64,000 nt of DNA from an uncultured Acidimicrobiia bacterium (GCA_963704825.1 CAVPHV010000017.1:102325-166324), one strand, 5' to 3'. Positions 1 to 9,954 are shown, counted from the stretch's first letter. A program made the numbers and translations. Notes: generated by a model from the letters alone, not told the origin.

Positions 1-5
1 GCGAC

Positions 6-2567
6 GTGCGCGGCTTTGTGATTGCGGCAGCCGGACTCGGCCTTGTGCTCGCCGGCGTGTTTGTTCCAGACCGCAATGGCGGCAACGTGGCCGCGGTCGG
101 CCACGTCGTGGCTCTTTCAGCATTTGCCTTCGGCCCGCAGTCGTGGTGGCTGGTCGGCGTGCTCGCAGGTTGGGTGGCGGGTTGGGCGGCCGAGGTTGTC
201 ACTGAAGACCGTTCTCCACTGCAGCGGCTCAGTGGTGCCGAGGTGTCCGCAACCGACGTGAGCTGGGTGCAGGCGATCGTGCTCGTACTGAGTGTTCCCG
301 TCCTTGCCGCCTTCACGGCTCTCGAGATCTGGCCAGACGCGGAGTTCGTTGCCCTCACCTGGACCGCAGCCTTGCTCGGTATCGGGTACGCCGGTTGGGC
401 GGGATTTGTCGCGGTCCGGCCCCGCCTCGGAGAGATTGCCGCCGTCGGCAGCATCATTCTCACGATCGCCGCGATCGGCGTGGCCTTCGCTGAGTTTGAT
501 GTGCTCGTGGCGTCCGATCGGGTCATTCAGATGAGCGCCCTCACCTCCGGCATCGTCGCCGTCGGACTGGTCGGCGGGCGCCGCCGCCTGTGGATGCATT
601 GGTACGCCTGGTTCCTGTCCTTGCAGCTGACAGTTGTCGCTGCGATGGCGCTCGGCCTGGCGGAAGCGGATGTGCACTGGGCCCTGATTGGGTGGGGCGG
701 CGTGGCGTTGATCGGGTCGCTGGCCACGGACGAGATCCGTTGCGGGATCCGGCCGATCCGCACCGTGATGCGTGACGCTCGCCTCTGGCCACCACTCGTG
801 TTTGGCGCCGTCGCTTTTGTTGCCGGCATCGCCACCGGACTTGTCGTTCCCATCGAATCGGCATGGCCCGTCGCCGTCGCCGGACTGGCCGTCTCGGGCC
901 TCGTCTCCCTCCAATTGCGGTTGGGCGTCCTCTCTGCGCCGACCTGGGCGCTGGCGGCCTATGCCACCGCCTCTGGCCTCATCGCCGGCGGATACGACCT
1001 CGTTGCTGATCCCTGGCTGCTGGTGGCGCCGACCCTGGCGCTCCTCGCGGCTGCGGCGATGCTGCCGGGCCGCGGCGACTGGGCCATTCGCTGGGACCTG
1101 CCGCCATTGGTGGTCGGCCTACTGCTCGGTACTGCCACCGTCGGGCTTGGCTACGAAGCGGCATCCACTGCGACGACCTGGGTACCGATCGGGGTCGGCC
1201 TCGGTTTGGTAGCCCTCGTCAAGCGGTGGTGGGCATTGGCCCCGTTCGGTTTCCTGCTCGTATTGGGTGCGGCCTACCTGGCCGGCCACGGCTGGTTCGC
1301 CGCCGCTCTGGCCGCAACGATGATTGCCACCGGAATCGCCGCCCGGTTTGCCGAGGGGGAGATTGCCGCTGCGCTGCAGTGGTTGTCGGCCGGGTTCGGG
1401 GCCGCCGCCTGGGTCGAGCTCACGCTTGCTCTCGGTTTGTCGGAAGACGAGACCTTGACGGCGAGCGCCGTCGCCAGCGCAGTGATCGCCGTTCTCGTCG
1501 CCGGGGTCGCCTGGACCCGACCCAGCGGAGAACGACTGATGCGTTGGACGGTGCCGTGGGTGTCCGTCGCCTGGGTCGGCTACGCCTTTGTCGCCTTGGT
1601 CGCCGTCTCCTTGGACGTCCCGTCCGCAGTGGCGGCGACGGTGGCTGCGGCCGGCTGGGTCTGGGCGCTGGCTGTGGTCGTGAGCGTGGTTCGGCTCGAC
1701 GTGTCCGAGTTGCAGATCCTCGCCGTGGGCCAGACCTTCGTCGCTATTGGATTGACCGGCTGGAGCCTCGGCCTCGACGCCATCGGCTGGGTGACCTGGC
1801 TGACCAGCGTCGCCGCCGTGAGCACTGCAACCATGATGGCCGTGTCGCTGCGGGCCTCCTCGGCTCGCTGGGTTCCTGCAGTGGCCTCAGTCGCCGGTGG
1901 TTCGTTGATTGCCGCAGGGGGGGCGGCAGCAACCCTGTGGCCGGAGCGCGGCTCGCTCATCACCGTGCTGATCGCCGCCACCGGTTTCACCTTGGTGGCC
2001 GGGGTCGCCACGCGGGATCGCCGCTGGTTCTACCTTGCCCCCGGGCTCGTCTTTGCCGCCTGGGCCATCTTCGCCTCCGAGGCGATGGGAGGGAACGTCC
2101 AGTGGATCTCAACCCCGCTCGCACTCGCCCTGCTCGTCGACGTCGAGCTTGCCCGTTACGACCGGCGCCGCCGCGGCCTCGAGGCTTCGAGCCAGGAACT
2201 CGTGCTTGTCGAGTTGATGGCGATGGCGCTGTTTGTCGGACCGGCGTTGGCCCAGACTCTCCTGGTTTCGACCGCCTACGGGTTGCTCGGCATCGTCCAA
2301 GGCGTTCTGCTCGCCATCTGGGGCACGGCAACCCGGGTACGGCGCAGGGCCTTGGGTGGATTCCTGGCCGCCGCGGTGGCGGCGTTGCTGATGATCGCCG
2401 TGCCGTTGGCCGAGCTGATCCCGCAATTCCGTGGCCCGGCCCTGTGGGCCACCATCTTCGGGATCGGTGCCGTCCTCATCGTGATTGCATCGACCATCGA
2501 GCAGACTCGGCGCCGCTTCGTTGAGATCCGCACCTCCGTCGAGTCGATGATGCAGGGGTGGGAGTGA
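6..2567 (+). CDS. Large polytopic integral membrane protein (more than 20 predicted TM helices), function unknown; may be 5' partial
   Basis: 853-aa ORF beginning with GTG at the window edge with no upstream stop. It is uniformly hydrophobic and Ala/Gly/Leu/Val rich with regularly spaced charged loops. No recognisable catalytic motif. Many overlapping antisense ORFs are high-GC artefacts. Confidence 0.45.
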   Translation: MRGFVIAAAGLGLVLAGVFVPDRNGGNVAAVGHVVALSAFAFGPQSWWLVGVLAGWVAGWAAEVVTEDRSPLQRLSGAEVSATDVSWVQAIVLVLSVPVLAAFTALEIWPDAEFVALTWTAALLGIGYAGWAGFVAVRPRLGEIAAVGSIILTIAAIGVAFAEFDVLVASDRVIQMSALTSGIVAVGLVGGRRRLWMHWYAWFLSLQLTVVAAMALGLAEADVHWALIGWGGVALIGSLATDEIRCGIRPIRTVMRDARLWPPLVFGAVAFVAGIATGLVVPIESAWPVAVAGLAVSGLVSLQLRLGVLSAPTWALAAYATASGLIAGGYDLVADPWLLVAPTLALLAAAAMLPGRGDWAIRWDLPPLVVGLLLGTATVGLGYEAASTATTWVPIGVGLGLVALVKRWWALAPFGFLLVLGAAYLAGHGWFAAALAATMIATGIAARFAEGEIAAALQWLSAGFGAAAWVELTLALGLSEDETLTASAVASAVIAVLVAGVAWTRPSGERLMRWTVPWVSVAWVGYAFVALVAVSLDVPSAVAATVAAAGWVWALAVVVSVVRLDVSELQILAVGQTFVAIGLTGWSLGLDAIGWVTWLTSVAAVSTATMMAVSLRASSARWVPAVASVAGGSLIAAGGAAATLWPERGSLITVLIAATGFTLVAGVATRDRRWFYLAPGLVFAAWAIFASEAMGGNVQWISTPLALALLVDVELARYDRRRRGLEASSQELVLVELMAMALFVGPALAQTLLVSTAYGLLGIVQGVLLAIWGTATRVRRRALGGFLAAAVAALLMIAVPLAELIPQFRGPALWATIFGIGAVLIVIASTIEQTRRRFVEIRTSVESMMQGWE

Positions 2568-2586
2568 CTGCGGCACTGCTTCGGGC

Positions 2587-3648
2587 ATGCGGACACGTAT
2601 GCTCGGGCGTATGACCGACTGGCCATTTGCCTCACCGATCAAACCCATGAAGGCCCGGGTGAAGGAAACTCCGCCGCAGGGCGAAGGTTGGGTGTACGAG
2701 CCCAAGTGGGATGGCTTTCGCGCCATCGCCTGGGGTGGGGCCGAACCAATGCTGGAGAGCCGCAACGGCAAGCCACTGCTGCGCTACTTCCCCGAGCTGC
2801 TTCCGGCGCTCGAGCAACTTCCGGCCGGGACGGTGATTGACGGCGAGGTCGTGGTGGTGGTCGACGACGTCACCCAATTCGACCAGCTCCAACTTCGGAT
2901 CCATCCGGCCGCCTCGCGGATCGAGAGGCTCTCCGGCGAGATCCCCGCCGAGTTGGTGGCCTTCGATCTGCTTGCCGTTGGTGGAGAAGACCTGCGCGCC
3001 ACGCCGTGGGTCGAACGTCGGGAGCGGCTCGAGGAGCTCTTCGCCGGGCTCGAGCTCCCCTGGCATCTCACGCCGGTGACCAGTGACTTCGCTGAGGCCG
3101 AGCGGTGGTTCTCCGAATACGAGGGCGCCGGCTGCGACGGGATCATCTGCAAGCTCGACGACGGCGCCTACGTCGAGGACAAGCGGGTGTGGATCAAGTG
3201 GAAACACCGGCGCGATTGTGACTGCGTGGTCGGCGGCTACCGGGTCCACAAAGACGGTGACAAGATCGGGTCGATTCTGCTCGGTCTCTTCAACGACGAA
3301 GGCAACTTCCACTTCATGGGCCATTGCTCCGGATTCTCCGACCACGACCGGGTCGAGTTGTTGCGCCAATTCGAGCAGATCCGTTCAGACGAGAGCTTTG
3401 GCGGCGATGACGACGTCAGGGTGCCGGGCGCCCAGAGTCGATGGTCGACCGGCAAGGAACTCGACTGGATCCCGGTCACGCCCGGTGTTGTGGTCCAGAT
3501 CAGCTACGACCAGCTCGAGGGTGGCCGGTTCCGTCATGCCACCCGTTTCGAGCGGTGGCGTCCCGACAAGCCGGCCGACGAATGCACCCTGGACCAGTTG
3601 GAACGACCCGAAGGGGCCGGCTTCGCCGAGGTGGTCGATACCTCGTAA
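2587..3648 (+). CDS. ATP-dependent DNA ligase, stand-alone ligase domain (LigC/LigD-ligase-like)
   Basis: Lysine-adenylation motif EPKWDGFR (KxDG) near the N-terminus. Length and motifs fit nucleotidyltransferase plus OB domains. The true start may be an internal Met (MTDWPF...). Confidence 0.8.
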   Translation: MRTRMLGRMTDWPFASPIKPMKARVKETPPQGEGWVYEPKWDGFRAIAWGGAEPMLESRNGKPLLRYFPELLPALEQLPAGTVIDGEVVVVVDDVTQFDQLQLRIHPAASRIERLSGEIPAELVAFDLLAVGGEDLRATPWVERRERLEELFAGLELPWHLTPVTSDFAEAERWFSEYEGAGCDGIICKLDDGAYVEDKRVWIKWKHRRDCDCVVGGYRVHKDGDKIGSILLGLFNDEGNFHFMGHCSGFSDHDRVELLRQFEQIRSDESFGGDDDVRVPGAQSRWSTGKELDWIPVTPGVVVQISYDQLEGGRFRHATRFERWRPDKPADECTLDQLERPEGAGFAEVVDTS

Positions 3649-3706
3649 CGCAGAACGACCCGCCCGACGTCTGGCATGGTCGAGCGGGTCGTCGTGGTTT
3701 GCTACT

Positions 3707-5005
3707 TCACGAAGAGTCGTCGCCGCCGGCCGCTGCGTTGCTTGCAGCTTCGGCGTCGGTCGGCGGAGGATCGCCGGCGTCGGCTTTCGCTAACGCCTCT
3801 GGATCGTCGTAGATCGACGTGTACACGACCGGTTGTACGGTCCGGTAGTGCGACAGGAAGGACGTGATCAGCGCCGCGACCGGCAGGGCCATGAAGGCGC
3901 CCATCGGCCCGGCAATTGCACCGCCGGCCAGGGCGGCTCCAAAGGCGACCCCGCCGTTGAGTGTCATGGTCTTGGCACTCAACCTGGGACTCAGCCAGTA
4001 GTTCTCGACCTGCTGATAGATCAGCACATAGGCCAGCACGATCAGCGCCTGAATGAAGCCCTGGAGGGCCAGGGTCATCAGCACCGGGACGGCGCCGCCG
4101 ATGTACGTGCCGATGGCGGGAATGAACTCGGAAACAAACCCGGCAAAGATCGCAAGTGGTATGGCAATCAACACCGGCAACCCGACGAGGACCATCGTGA
4201 AGAAGAAGCCGAGGCCGTTGATCCCCATCAGGATGATGCGGGAATAGAAGTAGCCACCGGTTTGCTCGATCGCCTGATCAAACGTCCACCCGAGCCGTTC
4301 CTGATGTTTCGGCGGGAACATCGAGAGAACCAATTGCTCGATCCGCTGATGGTCGGCGGTGAAGTAGAACGTGAACAGCGCGATGGTCATTGCGCTGAAG
4401 ATGAGACCGATCCCGGTAGCGAAAACCCCGACGATGCCACCGAGGGCTTGCTTGGCCCAATCCTCGGCGGCTCCGGCCGCATCTTCGCCTGCGGCGGCCG
4501 TCGATGAGGTGTCGCTGAGGCTGACGCCGAAGGTGTCCGCGAGCCAATCGTTGGCATTGTTGACCCACTCCGACCAGTTGTCGCCGATGGTCTGCGCGAC
4601 TTGGACGATCATCGGGATCAGGAAGACCACCATGACGATCATGAAGAGTGCGCCGGCGGCATAGACCACGCCGACGGCGGCCCCACGTTTCCAGCCGCGC
4701 TTACGGTGGATACGTTCGACGAGTGGAATCAGCGCCAGACTGAAGAAGATCGAGATGATCAGCATTCCGACGAGATCGCGAGCACGATCGAAAATGATGT
4801 AGCCGGAAACGGTGAGCAGGACCGCACCGATCACCCGCCAGATCGATCTGGTGCTGATCTCGTACACGATTGGCGGTGGCGCGGCCGGTGGACTCGATGG
4901 AGCGGCAGACACCGCTGCATCGTCGGATGGTGTCGTGCTGTGCGGATCGCTCATGTCACCTCGAGTGTTGACGTTGACTGCATTCTGGCTGAATGCTCGC
5001 CGCAT
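3707..5005 (-). CDS. AI-2E family transporter (PerM/UPF0118 family permease)
   Basis: Seven or eight TM helices with the characteristic C-terminal core (GLPVLIAIPLAIFAGFVSEFIPAIGTYIGG...QQVENYWLSPRLS). The N-terminal region is Pro/Ala-rich. Confidence 0.8.
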   Translation of the reverse strand: MRRAFSQNAVNVNTRGDMSDPHSTTPSDDAAVSAAPSSPPAAPPPIVYEISTRSIWRVIGAVLLTVSGYIIFDRARDLVGMLIISIFFSLALIPLVERIHRKRGWKRGAAVGVVYAAGALFMIVMVVFLIPMIVQVAQTIGDNWSEWVNNANDWLADTFGVSLSDTSSTAAAGEDAAGAAEDWAKQALGGIVGVFATGIGLIFSAMTIALFTFYFTADHQRIEQLVLSMFPPKHQERLGWTFDQAIEQTGGYFYSRIILMGINGLGFFFTMVLVGLPVLIAIPLAIFAGFVSEFIPAIGTYIGGAVPVLMTLALQGFIQALIVLAYVLIYQQVENYWLSPRLSAKTMTLNGGVAFGAALAGGAIAGPMGAFMALPVAALITSFLSHYRTVQPVVYTSIYDDPEALAKADAGDPPPTDAEAASNAAAGGDDSS

Positions 5006-5036
5006 TTCCTCTCACGGCGCGGGCGTTGCTGCGCGC

Positions 5037-6035
5037 CTACTCGTCTTCCCAGTTCTCGGCCCGCTTTTTCGAGGGCTGCACCCGGGGCGGCTCGCCGGGC
5101 ATCTTGGGGTAGTGCGGTGGCCAGGGGGCATCGCCGATGCCCTGTTCCTCGTCGGCGGCAACCAGGGCCATGGCGGCCTCGAGCGAGCAGGCAGCCTCGT
5201 CGATGCCCTCGGTGAGGTCGCCAACCTCGGCCCAGCGCTCCTTGAACGCCATGATGTCCATCGCCCGGTGGTCGATGGTGGCGAGTTCGTTCCAGCGGAA
5301 TGGGGTCGACACCCATCCGGTGTGCCGGATCGAATAGGCGCTGGCGATGGTTTTGTCCCAGGCGTTCTGGTTGAAGTCGAGGAAAACGCCGTCGCGCTCC
5401 TCCTTCCACCATGCCGTGGTGGCCAGCTCGTGGCGGCGTTCCACCTCGCGGGCGATGGCGAGTCCGGCACGGCGCAGCTCGAAGTAGTCCCAGGATCGTT
5501 CGACTCTTGTGTAGATGTGAATCCCGCGGTTCCCCGATGTCTTGGGCCAGCCGATCAGCCCGAGTTCGTCGAGTACCTCTTTGACGATGGCGGCGACCTC
5601 TCGGGCTGCCTCGAAGTCGTAGTCGTCGGTCGGGTCGAGATCGATCCGCAGCTCGTCGGGATGATCGATGTCGTCGGCGCGGGCGTTCCACGGGTTGAGG
5701 TCGATGCAGTTCATCTGTGCCATCCAGATGACGTCGCCCTCATCCAGGGGAGCGAACATGCGCCCCGGCCGAGCTGAGGGAAACCGGACGTCGACCAGGT
5801 TGCTGGCGCTCTTGGGGCGCTTCACGAACAGGGGTGGCTCAGTAACGCCGCGGTTCCAACGTTTGAGCAGCGACGGCCGGTTATAGACCCCGCGCAGCGC
5901 TCCGGTGGCGCACATCAGGTAGTGCTCGACGACATCGAGCTTGGTCCAGCCCTGTTCGGGGAACATGACCTTGCTCGCGCTCGAGATTCGAATCTCCCGC
6001 CCGGCGGCCTCAACAAAGGTCTCGTCTGAGGCCAC
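5037..6035 (-). CDS. Stand-alone LigD-type polymerase/primase domain protein (NHEJ PolDom, archaeo-eukaryotic primase fold)
   Basis: Motifs KTSGNRGIHIY and DFNQNA are typical of the LigD polymerase domain, as are the length (~330 aa) and acidic residues. Confidence 0.8.
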   Translation of the reverse strand: MASDETFVEAAGREIRISSASKVMFPEQGWTKLDVVEHYLMCATGALRGVYNRPSLLKRWNRGVTEPPLFVKRPKSASNLVDVRFPSARPGRMFAPLDEGDVIWMAQMNCIDLNPWNARADDIDHPDELRIDLDPTDDYDFEAAREVAAIVKEVLDELGLIGWPKTSGNRGIHIYTRVERSWDYFELRRAGLAIAREVERRHELATTAWWKEERDGVFLDFNQNAWDKTIASAYSIRHTGWVSTPFRWNELATIDHRAMDIMAFKERWAEVGDLTEGIDEAACSLEAAMALVAADEEQGIGDAPWPPHYPKMPGEPPRVQPSKKRAENWEDE

Positions 6036-6041
6036 GATCGG

Positions 6042-6368
6042 TCAGTTGCCGTACTGGAGGGTTTCGGGCCGTTCGAGCAGCACGGCGTGCGCTGGGGCGT
6101 CGGCTATTGGGCGGTGCTCGACTCCGGCGGGAACCACAACGACATCACCGGGTGCGAGGGCGACTGGTTCCGAGCCTTCCATCTCGATGCGGAAGGTGCC
6201 GTCCCAGCACAAGAAGAGCTCGTCCTCTTCGTGGTGATGCCAGGGAAACTCGCCGTCGAGGCGGGTGACGCGGACGACGGCGTCATTGACCCGAACGACA
6301 TCGGCCGGCTGCCACGGTCCCTGCAGGGAGCCGATGAGGACGGGAAGGGAAACCACACGACTGTTCAT
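6042..6368 (-). CDS. Cupin domain protein
   Basis: 108-aa product with a two-His/Glu cupin motif (FPWHHHEEDELFLCWDG...PAGVEHRP). ATG at 6368-6366. Confidence 0.7.
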   Translation of the reverse strand: MNSRVVSLPVLIGSLQGPWQPADVVRVNDAVVRVTRLDGEFPWHHHEEDELFLCWDGTFRIEMEGSEPVALAPGDVVVVPAGVEHRPIADAPAHAVLLERPETLQYGN

Positions 6369-6403
6369 ATGGCGAGCGTAGCGATCGCTTCCGGCCCAAG
6401 CCG

Positions 6404-6841
6404 CTACGTCAGCGAGTAGCGGTAGACGTTGGTCTCGCGTCGTTCGAAGCCCATCCGCTGGTACAGCCGATTGGCGGCTTCGCGGCTCGGACGGGAGGTG
6501 AGACCAACCGACTTGGCGCCGGCGTTGCGGGCCCGCTCGATCGCCTCTTCGGTGAGGAGGGCGCCGACGCCGCGACCTCGCACCTCGCCGTCGACGACGA
6601 CATCCTCGATGCGGGCCTGGAGCCCGGTCGGGATGCGGTAGAAGGCAAGGGTGAGGCTGCCGACGAACCGTCCGGTGTCGGTATCCCGAGCCACCAGAAG
6701 ATGCGTATGCGGATTGGCTGCCATGTCGGATAGGGCGTCTGCGTCCGGCGGCGGATTCGACGACGAGAGCTGAGGAATGAGTTGGGCAAAGGCGGCGACG
6801 ACCTCGTCGGTGACGTCGACGATCTCGGTGACGTGGATCAT
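6404..6841 (-). CDS. GNAT family N-acetyltransferase
   Basis: Acetyl-CoA binding motif VVVDGEVRGRGVGALLTEEAIERAR. Start chosen at the internal ATG (MIHVTEIV) at 6841. Confidence 0.75.
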   Translation of the reverse strand: MIHVTEIVDVTDEVVAAFAQLIPQLSSSNPPPDADALSDMAANPHTHLLVARDTDTGRFVGSLTLAFYRIPTGLQARIEDVVVDGEVRGRGVGALLTEEAIERARNAGAKSVGLTSRPSREAANRLYQRMGFERRETNVYRYSLT

Positions 6842-6962
6842 GGCCCGGCAGTGTACGGGAATCGGGACACGGTGGGGCAAACGCGACGGCGTGCAACGGA
6901 GACGGCCCCCGCTCGAGTGGAGCGGGGGCCGTCGGTACAGCGGTGTGGGAGGGAGGGGAGAA

Positions 6963-7379
6963 CTACCGCTGAACGTCCACAGTCACCCTGCGGGGCAGGA
7001 CTTCTGGCTTCATCGGAACGACGATCTCGAGAATGCCATCGTTCGAACTGGCCGCGATGGACTCCTGGTCGGCGCCTTCGGGCAGGACGATGGTCCGCTT
7101 GAAGTCGCCTTCGAAGATCTCCTTGCGGCGATAGCCGTTGCCGGCCTCTTCGGTCTCGAAGCTGCGGGTGCCGGCAATGGTGAGGGTGCCTCCTTCGACG
7201 GTCACCTCGACGTTCTCGGGATCCACGCCGGGCAACTCGGCCCGGATGACGAGTGCGTCGCTCTTCTCGAAGACGTCGACCCGTGGCATCCACGGTCCTG
7301 TGGCAAACCCCTTGTCCTCGAACAAACGATCAAACTCGGTCATGAAGCCCCAGGGGTCAAAGCGCACCAGATTGGCCAT
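6963..7379 (-). CDS. hsp20: Hsp20/alpha-crystallin family small heat shock protein
   Basis: 138 aa with an alpha-crystallin domain (VDVFEKSDALVIRAELPGVDPENVEVTVEGGTLTIAG...GILEIVVPM). Confidence 0.9.
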   Translation of the reverse strand: MANLVRFDPWGFMTEFDRLFEDKGFATGPWMPRVDVFEKSDALVIRAELPGVDPENVEVTVEGGTLTIAGTRSFETEEAGNGYRRKEIFEGDFKRTIVLPEGADQESIAASSNDGILEIVVPMKPEVLPRRVTVDVQR

Positions 7380-7433
7380 GTTGTGGTCCTCCTTGTTGGA
7401 CAGTCAAGTTCTACTTATCATACAACATAATGA

Positions 7434-7458
7434 AATCTGAGTCTATTCCACTCAGATA
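7434..7458 (-). promoter_or_regulatory. HAIR-like inverted repeat (candidate HspR operator) in the hsp20 promoter region
   Basis: aTCTGAGT-ctattcc-ACTCAGAt has an 8-bp perfect inverted repeat with a 7-nt spacer. It matches the HAIR pattern CTTGAGT-N7-ACTCAAG. It lies ~55-80 nt upstream of the hsp20 start in a locally AT-rich stretch. Confidence 0.55.
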
Positions 7459-7500
7459 AGCAGAAGAGCGCAAGTGGCGAAAGGTCCGAGTGCGCACAGA

Positions 7501-7530
7501 GAGGGGGCCCCGTCGCTGACGGGGCCCCTC
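7501..7530. terminator. GC-rich hairpin, probable terminator of the upstream 798-aa gene that insulates the hsp20 promoter
   Basis: GAGGGGGCCCCGTC-gctg-ACGGGGCCCCTC is a perfect 12-14 bp stem directly after the stop at 7558. A T-rich tail is present only on the plus strand. Confidence 0.5.
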
Positions 7531-7557
7531 TTGTCTTGGTGAGTCGGGTCGACCGGT

Positions 7558-9954
7558 TCAGTTGGTCACGATCGAGAACCGGCGATTGGCCTTTTGGGGG
7601 TCCTTGTTGCCGGCCCGGTCCACAACGTGGGCGAGGACCTTGAAGTTCCCGTCCTTCTTCAGGTTGCGGGTGAAGGTCCACGTGGTATCGGTACCGCCGG
7701 GATCGGCCAGGGTGACCCTCGGCAGCTTGACCTTCGGTCCCCACGACCCGTCGGGCTGCAGATACTTTCCGGTGTTGGTGTCCTTGACGATGAGTCTGAC
7801 AAAACCAACCCCGAGGTTGTCGGTTGCCCTTCCCTCGAACTGCACCGTCCGGGATGACAACGTCTGGTCCTTCTTGGGCTTCTTGAAGGTGGCGTTGGGA
7901 GCCGTCGTATCGACGCTGAAGGTGGCGGAGGCCTTGGCAGGGTCTTTGTTGCCCGCCAGGTCCTTGACCTGGACCCACACCTCGAAGTTGCTCTCCGGGA
8001 GTGTGCCATTCCAGTCCCAATTCGTTGTCGGTGTGTTGGGGGATGTCAGATTGGCGGGGACCGCGTTCCAGGCTCCCCAGGTGGTGCCGTTGTCCTGGAG
8101 GTAGTCACCCGTCTCCTTGTCCTTGATGATCAGGTTGACCTCGGCGACCGCAATGTTGTCGGTGGCACCGCCGCTCATGGCGACCGAGGTCGTCGCGAAC
8201 GCTTGGTCCGGGGCCGGGACATCGAGTGTCCCGTCCGGCTCAACCGTGTCGTTGCCGGAGGTCACGACGAACGATCGCGTCGCCGGCGAACCATCCACGT
8301 TGCCGACGATGTCTTCGGCCCTGACCGTGACGGTGTAGCTGCCGTTGGGGAGGTCGCCCGACCAGCCGAACGCGGTCGATGTGGCCTGATACTCGTGGAC
8401 GAAGGAAGGAATCTGGGCCCACGTCCCCGCCCACGTCAAGTCCGGCTGCAGATACTGGTCGTTGCCGGTGTTCTTGACCACCACATAGACCTCGGCGACA
8501 CCCCTGTTGTCGGAGGCGGTGCCGGTGACCGTGACCCGACCGTTGTATACCTGACCGTTGGTCGGCACCGTCAGGCTTCCGTTTGGTGCGGTGGTGTCGC
8601 TGGGTGGGGTCGTGCTCGGGAGCTCGAAGAGGGCGTGACGGAAGGTCTGGAGCCCGCCGAACCGTTCACCGTCGCTGCCGGCGAGGAGCCCAACCGGAGT
8701 GGCCTCGAGGGCGAGGACCCCGCGTTGGCCGGAGGCTCCCGGGTCCCATGGCAAGGCGGTGCCGTTGGCGGGATTGATGGCGCCGATCTGGTTCCGGTCC
8801 ACCGTGTTGGCAGGCTGCGTGTTGGTGTTGCCGTTCCCCCAGTCGGTCCACACCGTTCCCGGCTGCTGGAACCAGCGCATGTGGCCACCGACATAGATCG
8901 CCTCGTCGGTGATGGCGACGGCTTCGGGAGTGTCAAACATGCGAGATACCCACGTTGGGTTCACGCCGTTGCCCCCTGCGGTTGGGAAACGCACTGCGAC
9001 ATCGCATCCTGGGGCGAAGTTGCCGAGAGACGACACGGCTACGAAGTAGGAGCCGTCGGGCGAGAACTGCGCGTCGCGCATCAGCGGCCGGATGAACGAC
9101 TCGAACCACGGCTGGCAGTCGTAGTCGTAGTTGGTGGTCTTCCAGGGCAGCAGGCTGGGGGCTCCGTCGATGTCGATCAGGGCCACGCTTTGGCGCGCCT
9201 CACCGCCGACCTTGCGCGAGTTGTGGACGACCAGCAATGTCTTGCCGTCGGGGGTCACGTCGAGGGCCCGTACCGCACCTGCCCTGTTGTTGGGATCCCC
9301 ATCGATCCAGTACCCGGTTTCCTCGGTGACCGGGAAGTTGAAGTCCGCCGCGACCGCTCCGGTTTGCAGATCAACTGCGGCGAGCTTCTCGCGGGCTGTT
9401 CCGTTGACCTGTGCGAAGCCCCCGCCGAAGTAGACCCGATTGCCCGCAACGACAACGTCGTTGACCACTGCTGTGGCGTTCGCTTTGAAGGCGGTCACGA
9501 CGGATCCGTCGACCACGTTGAGCTTCACGACTCGCTTGCGGCTGAGCCCATTTACCGTGTTGAACTGGCCGACGGCGATGATTGTGCCGTCGCCGGCATC
9601 GGCCAGGGCAAAGACGGGGCCGCTCAGCTCGGGTCGGAATGCCATGTCGAGCCGGCCGGTGGCGATGTCGTAGGCAGCGAGATACGGCTGGTTGACCACA
9701 CCGAAGGTGTTGTCGCGCACCTGGGTGTAGCCCCCGCCGACGATGATGCGGTTGCCGACCTGGACGTGGCCGCGTACCTCGTCGTCGAGGAACTCGGGCG
9801 TATTGGCCCGAGGAACCTCTTTCACCACGTCACCGTGGTTGACTCCAGTGGCGGCTGCTTCGTCAATGGTCAGCGCCATGGTCAACGCTGTTGCCAGCGC
9901 CAGCACGACGACGAAGCCGGAACGAGCGCGGCCCTGTGTGAATCCGATCCCCAT
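7558..9954 (-). CDS. Secreted protein with an N-terminal beta-propeller-like region and three C-terminal ~100-aa Ig-like repeats
   Basis: N-terminal signal peptide (VVVLALATALTMALT). Three tandem repeats each contain ...TDN(R/L/I)GV(A/G)EV/FV...K(N/D)T(G/N).(D/K)YLQ(P/D)(D/N)G.W... . Confidence 0.7.
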   Translation of the reverse strand: MGIGFTQGRARSGFVVVLALATALTMALTIDEAAATGVNHGDVVKEVPRANTPEFLDDEVRGHVQVGNRIIVGGGYTQVRDNTFGVVNQPYLAAYDIATGRLDMAFRPELSGPVFALADAGDGTIIAVGQFNTVNGLSRKRVVKLNVVDGSVVTAFKANATAVVNDVVVAGNRVYFGGGFAQVNGTAREKLAAVDLQTGAVAADFNFPVTEETGYWIDGDPNNRAGAVRALDVTPDGKTLLVVHNSRKVGGEARQSVALIDIDGAPSLLPWKTTNYDYDCQPWFESFIRPLMRDAQFSPDGSYFVAVSSLGNFAPGCDVAVRFPTAGGNGVNPTWVSRMFDTPEAVAITDEAIYVGGHMRWFQQPGTVWTDWGNGNTNTQPANTVDRNQIGAINPANGTALPWDPGASGQRGVLALEATPVGLLAGSDGERFGGLQTFRHALFELPSTTPPSDTTAPNGSLTVPTNGQVYNGRVTVTGTASDNRGVAEVYVVVKNTGNDQYLQPDLTWAGTWAQIPSFVHEYQATSTAFGWSGDLPNGSYTVTVRAEDIVGNVDGSPATRSFVVTSGNDTVEPDGTLDVPAPDQAFATTSVAMSGGATDNIAVAEVNLIIKDKETGDYLQDNGTTWGAWNAVPANLTSPNTPTTNWDWNGTLPESNFEVWVQVKDLAGNKDPAKASATFSVDTTAPNATFKKPKKDQTLSSRTVQFEGRATDNLGVGFVRLIVKDTNTGKYLQPDGSWGPKVKLPRVTLADPGGTDTTWTFTRNLKKDGNFKVLAHVVDRAGNKDPQKANRRFSIVTN

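Noticed and set aside
117-914. Several 60-265-aa ORFs in alternative frames over the first 2.5 kb
   Set aside because: All overlap the long hydrophobic membrane-protein frame and have Arg/Gly/Pro-rich high-GC artefact composition.
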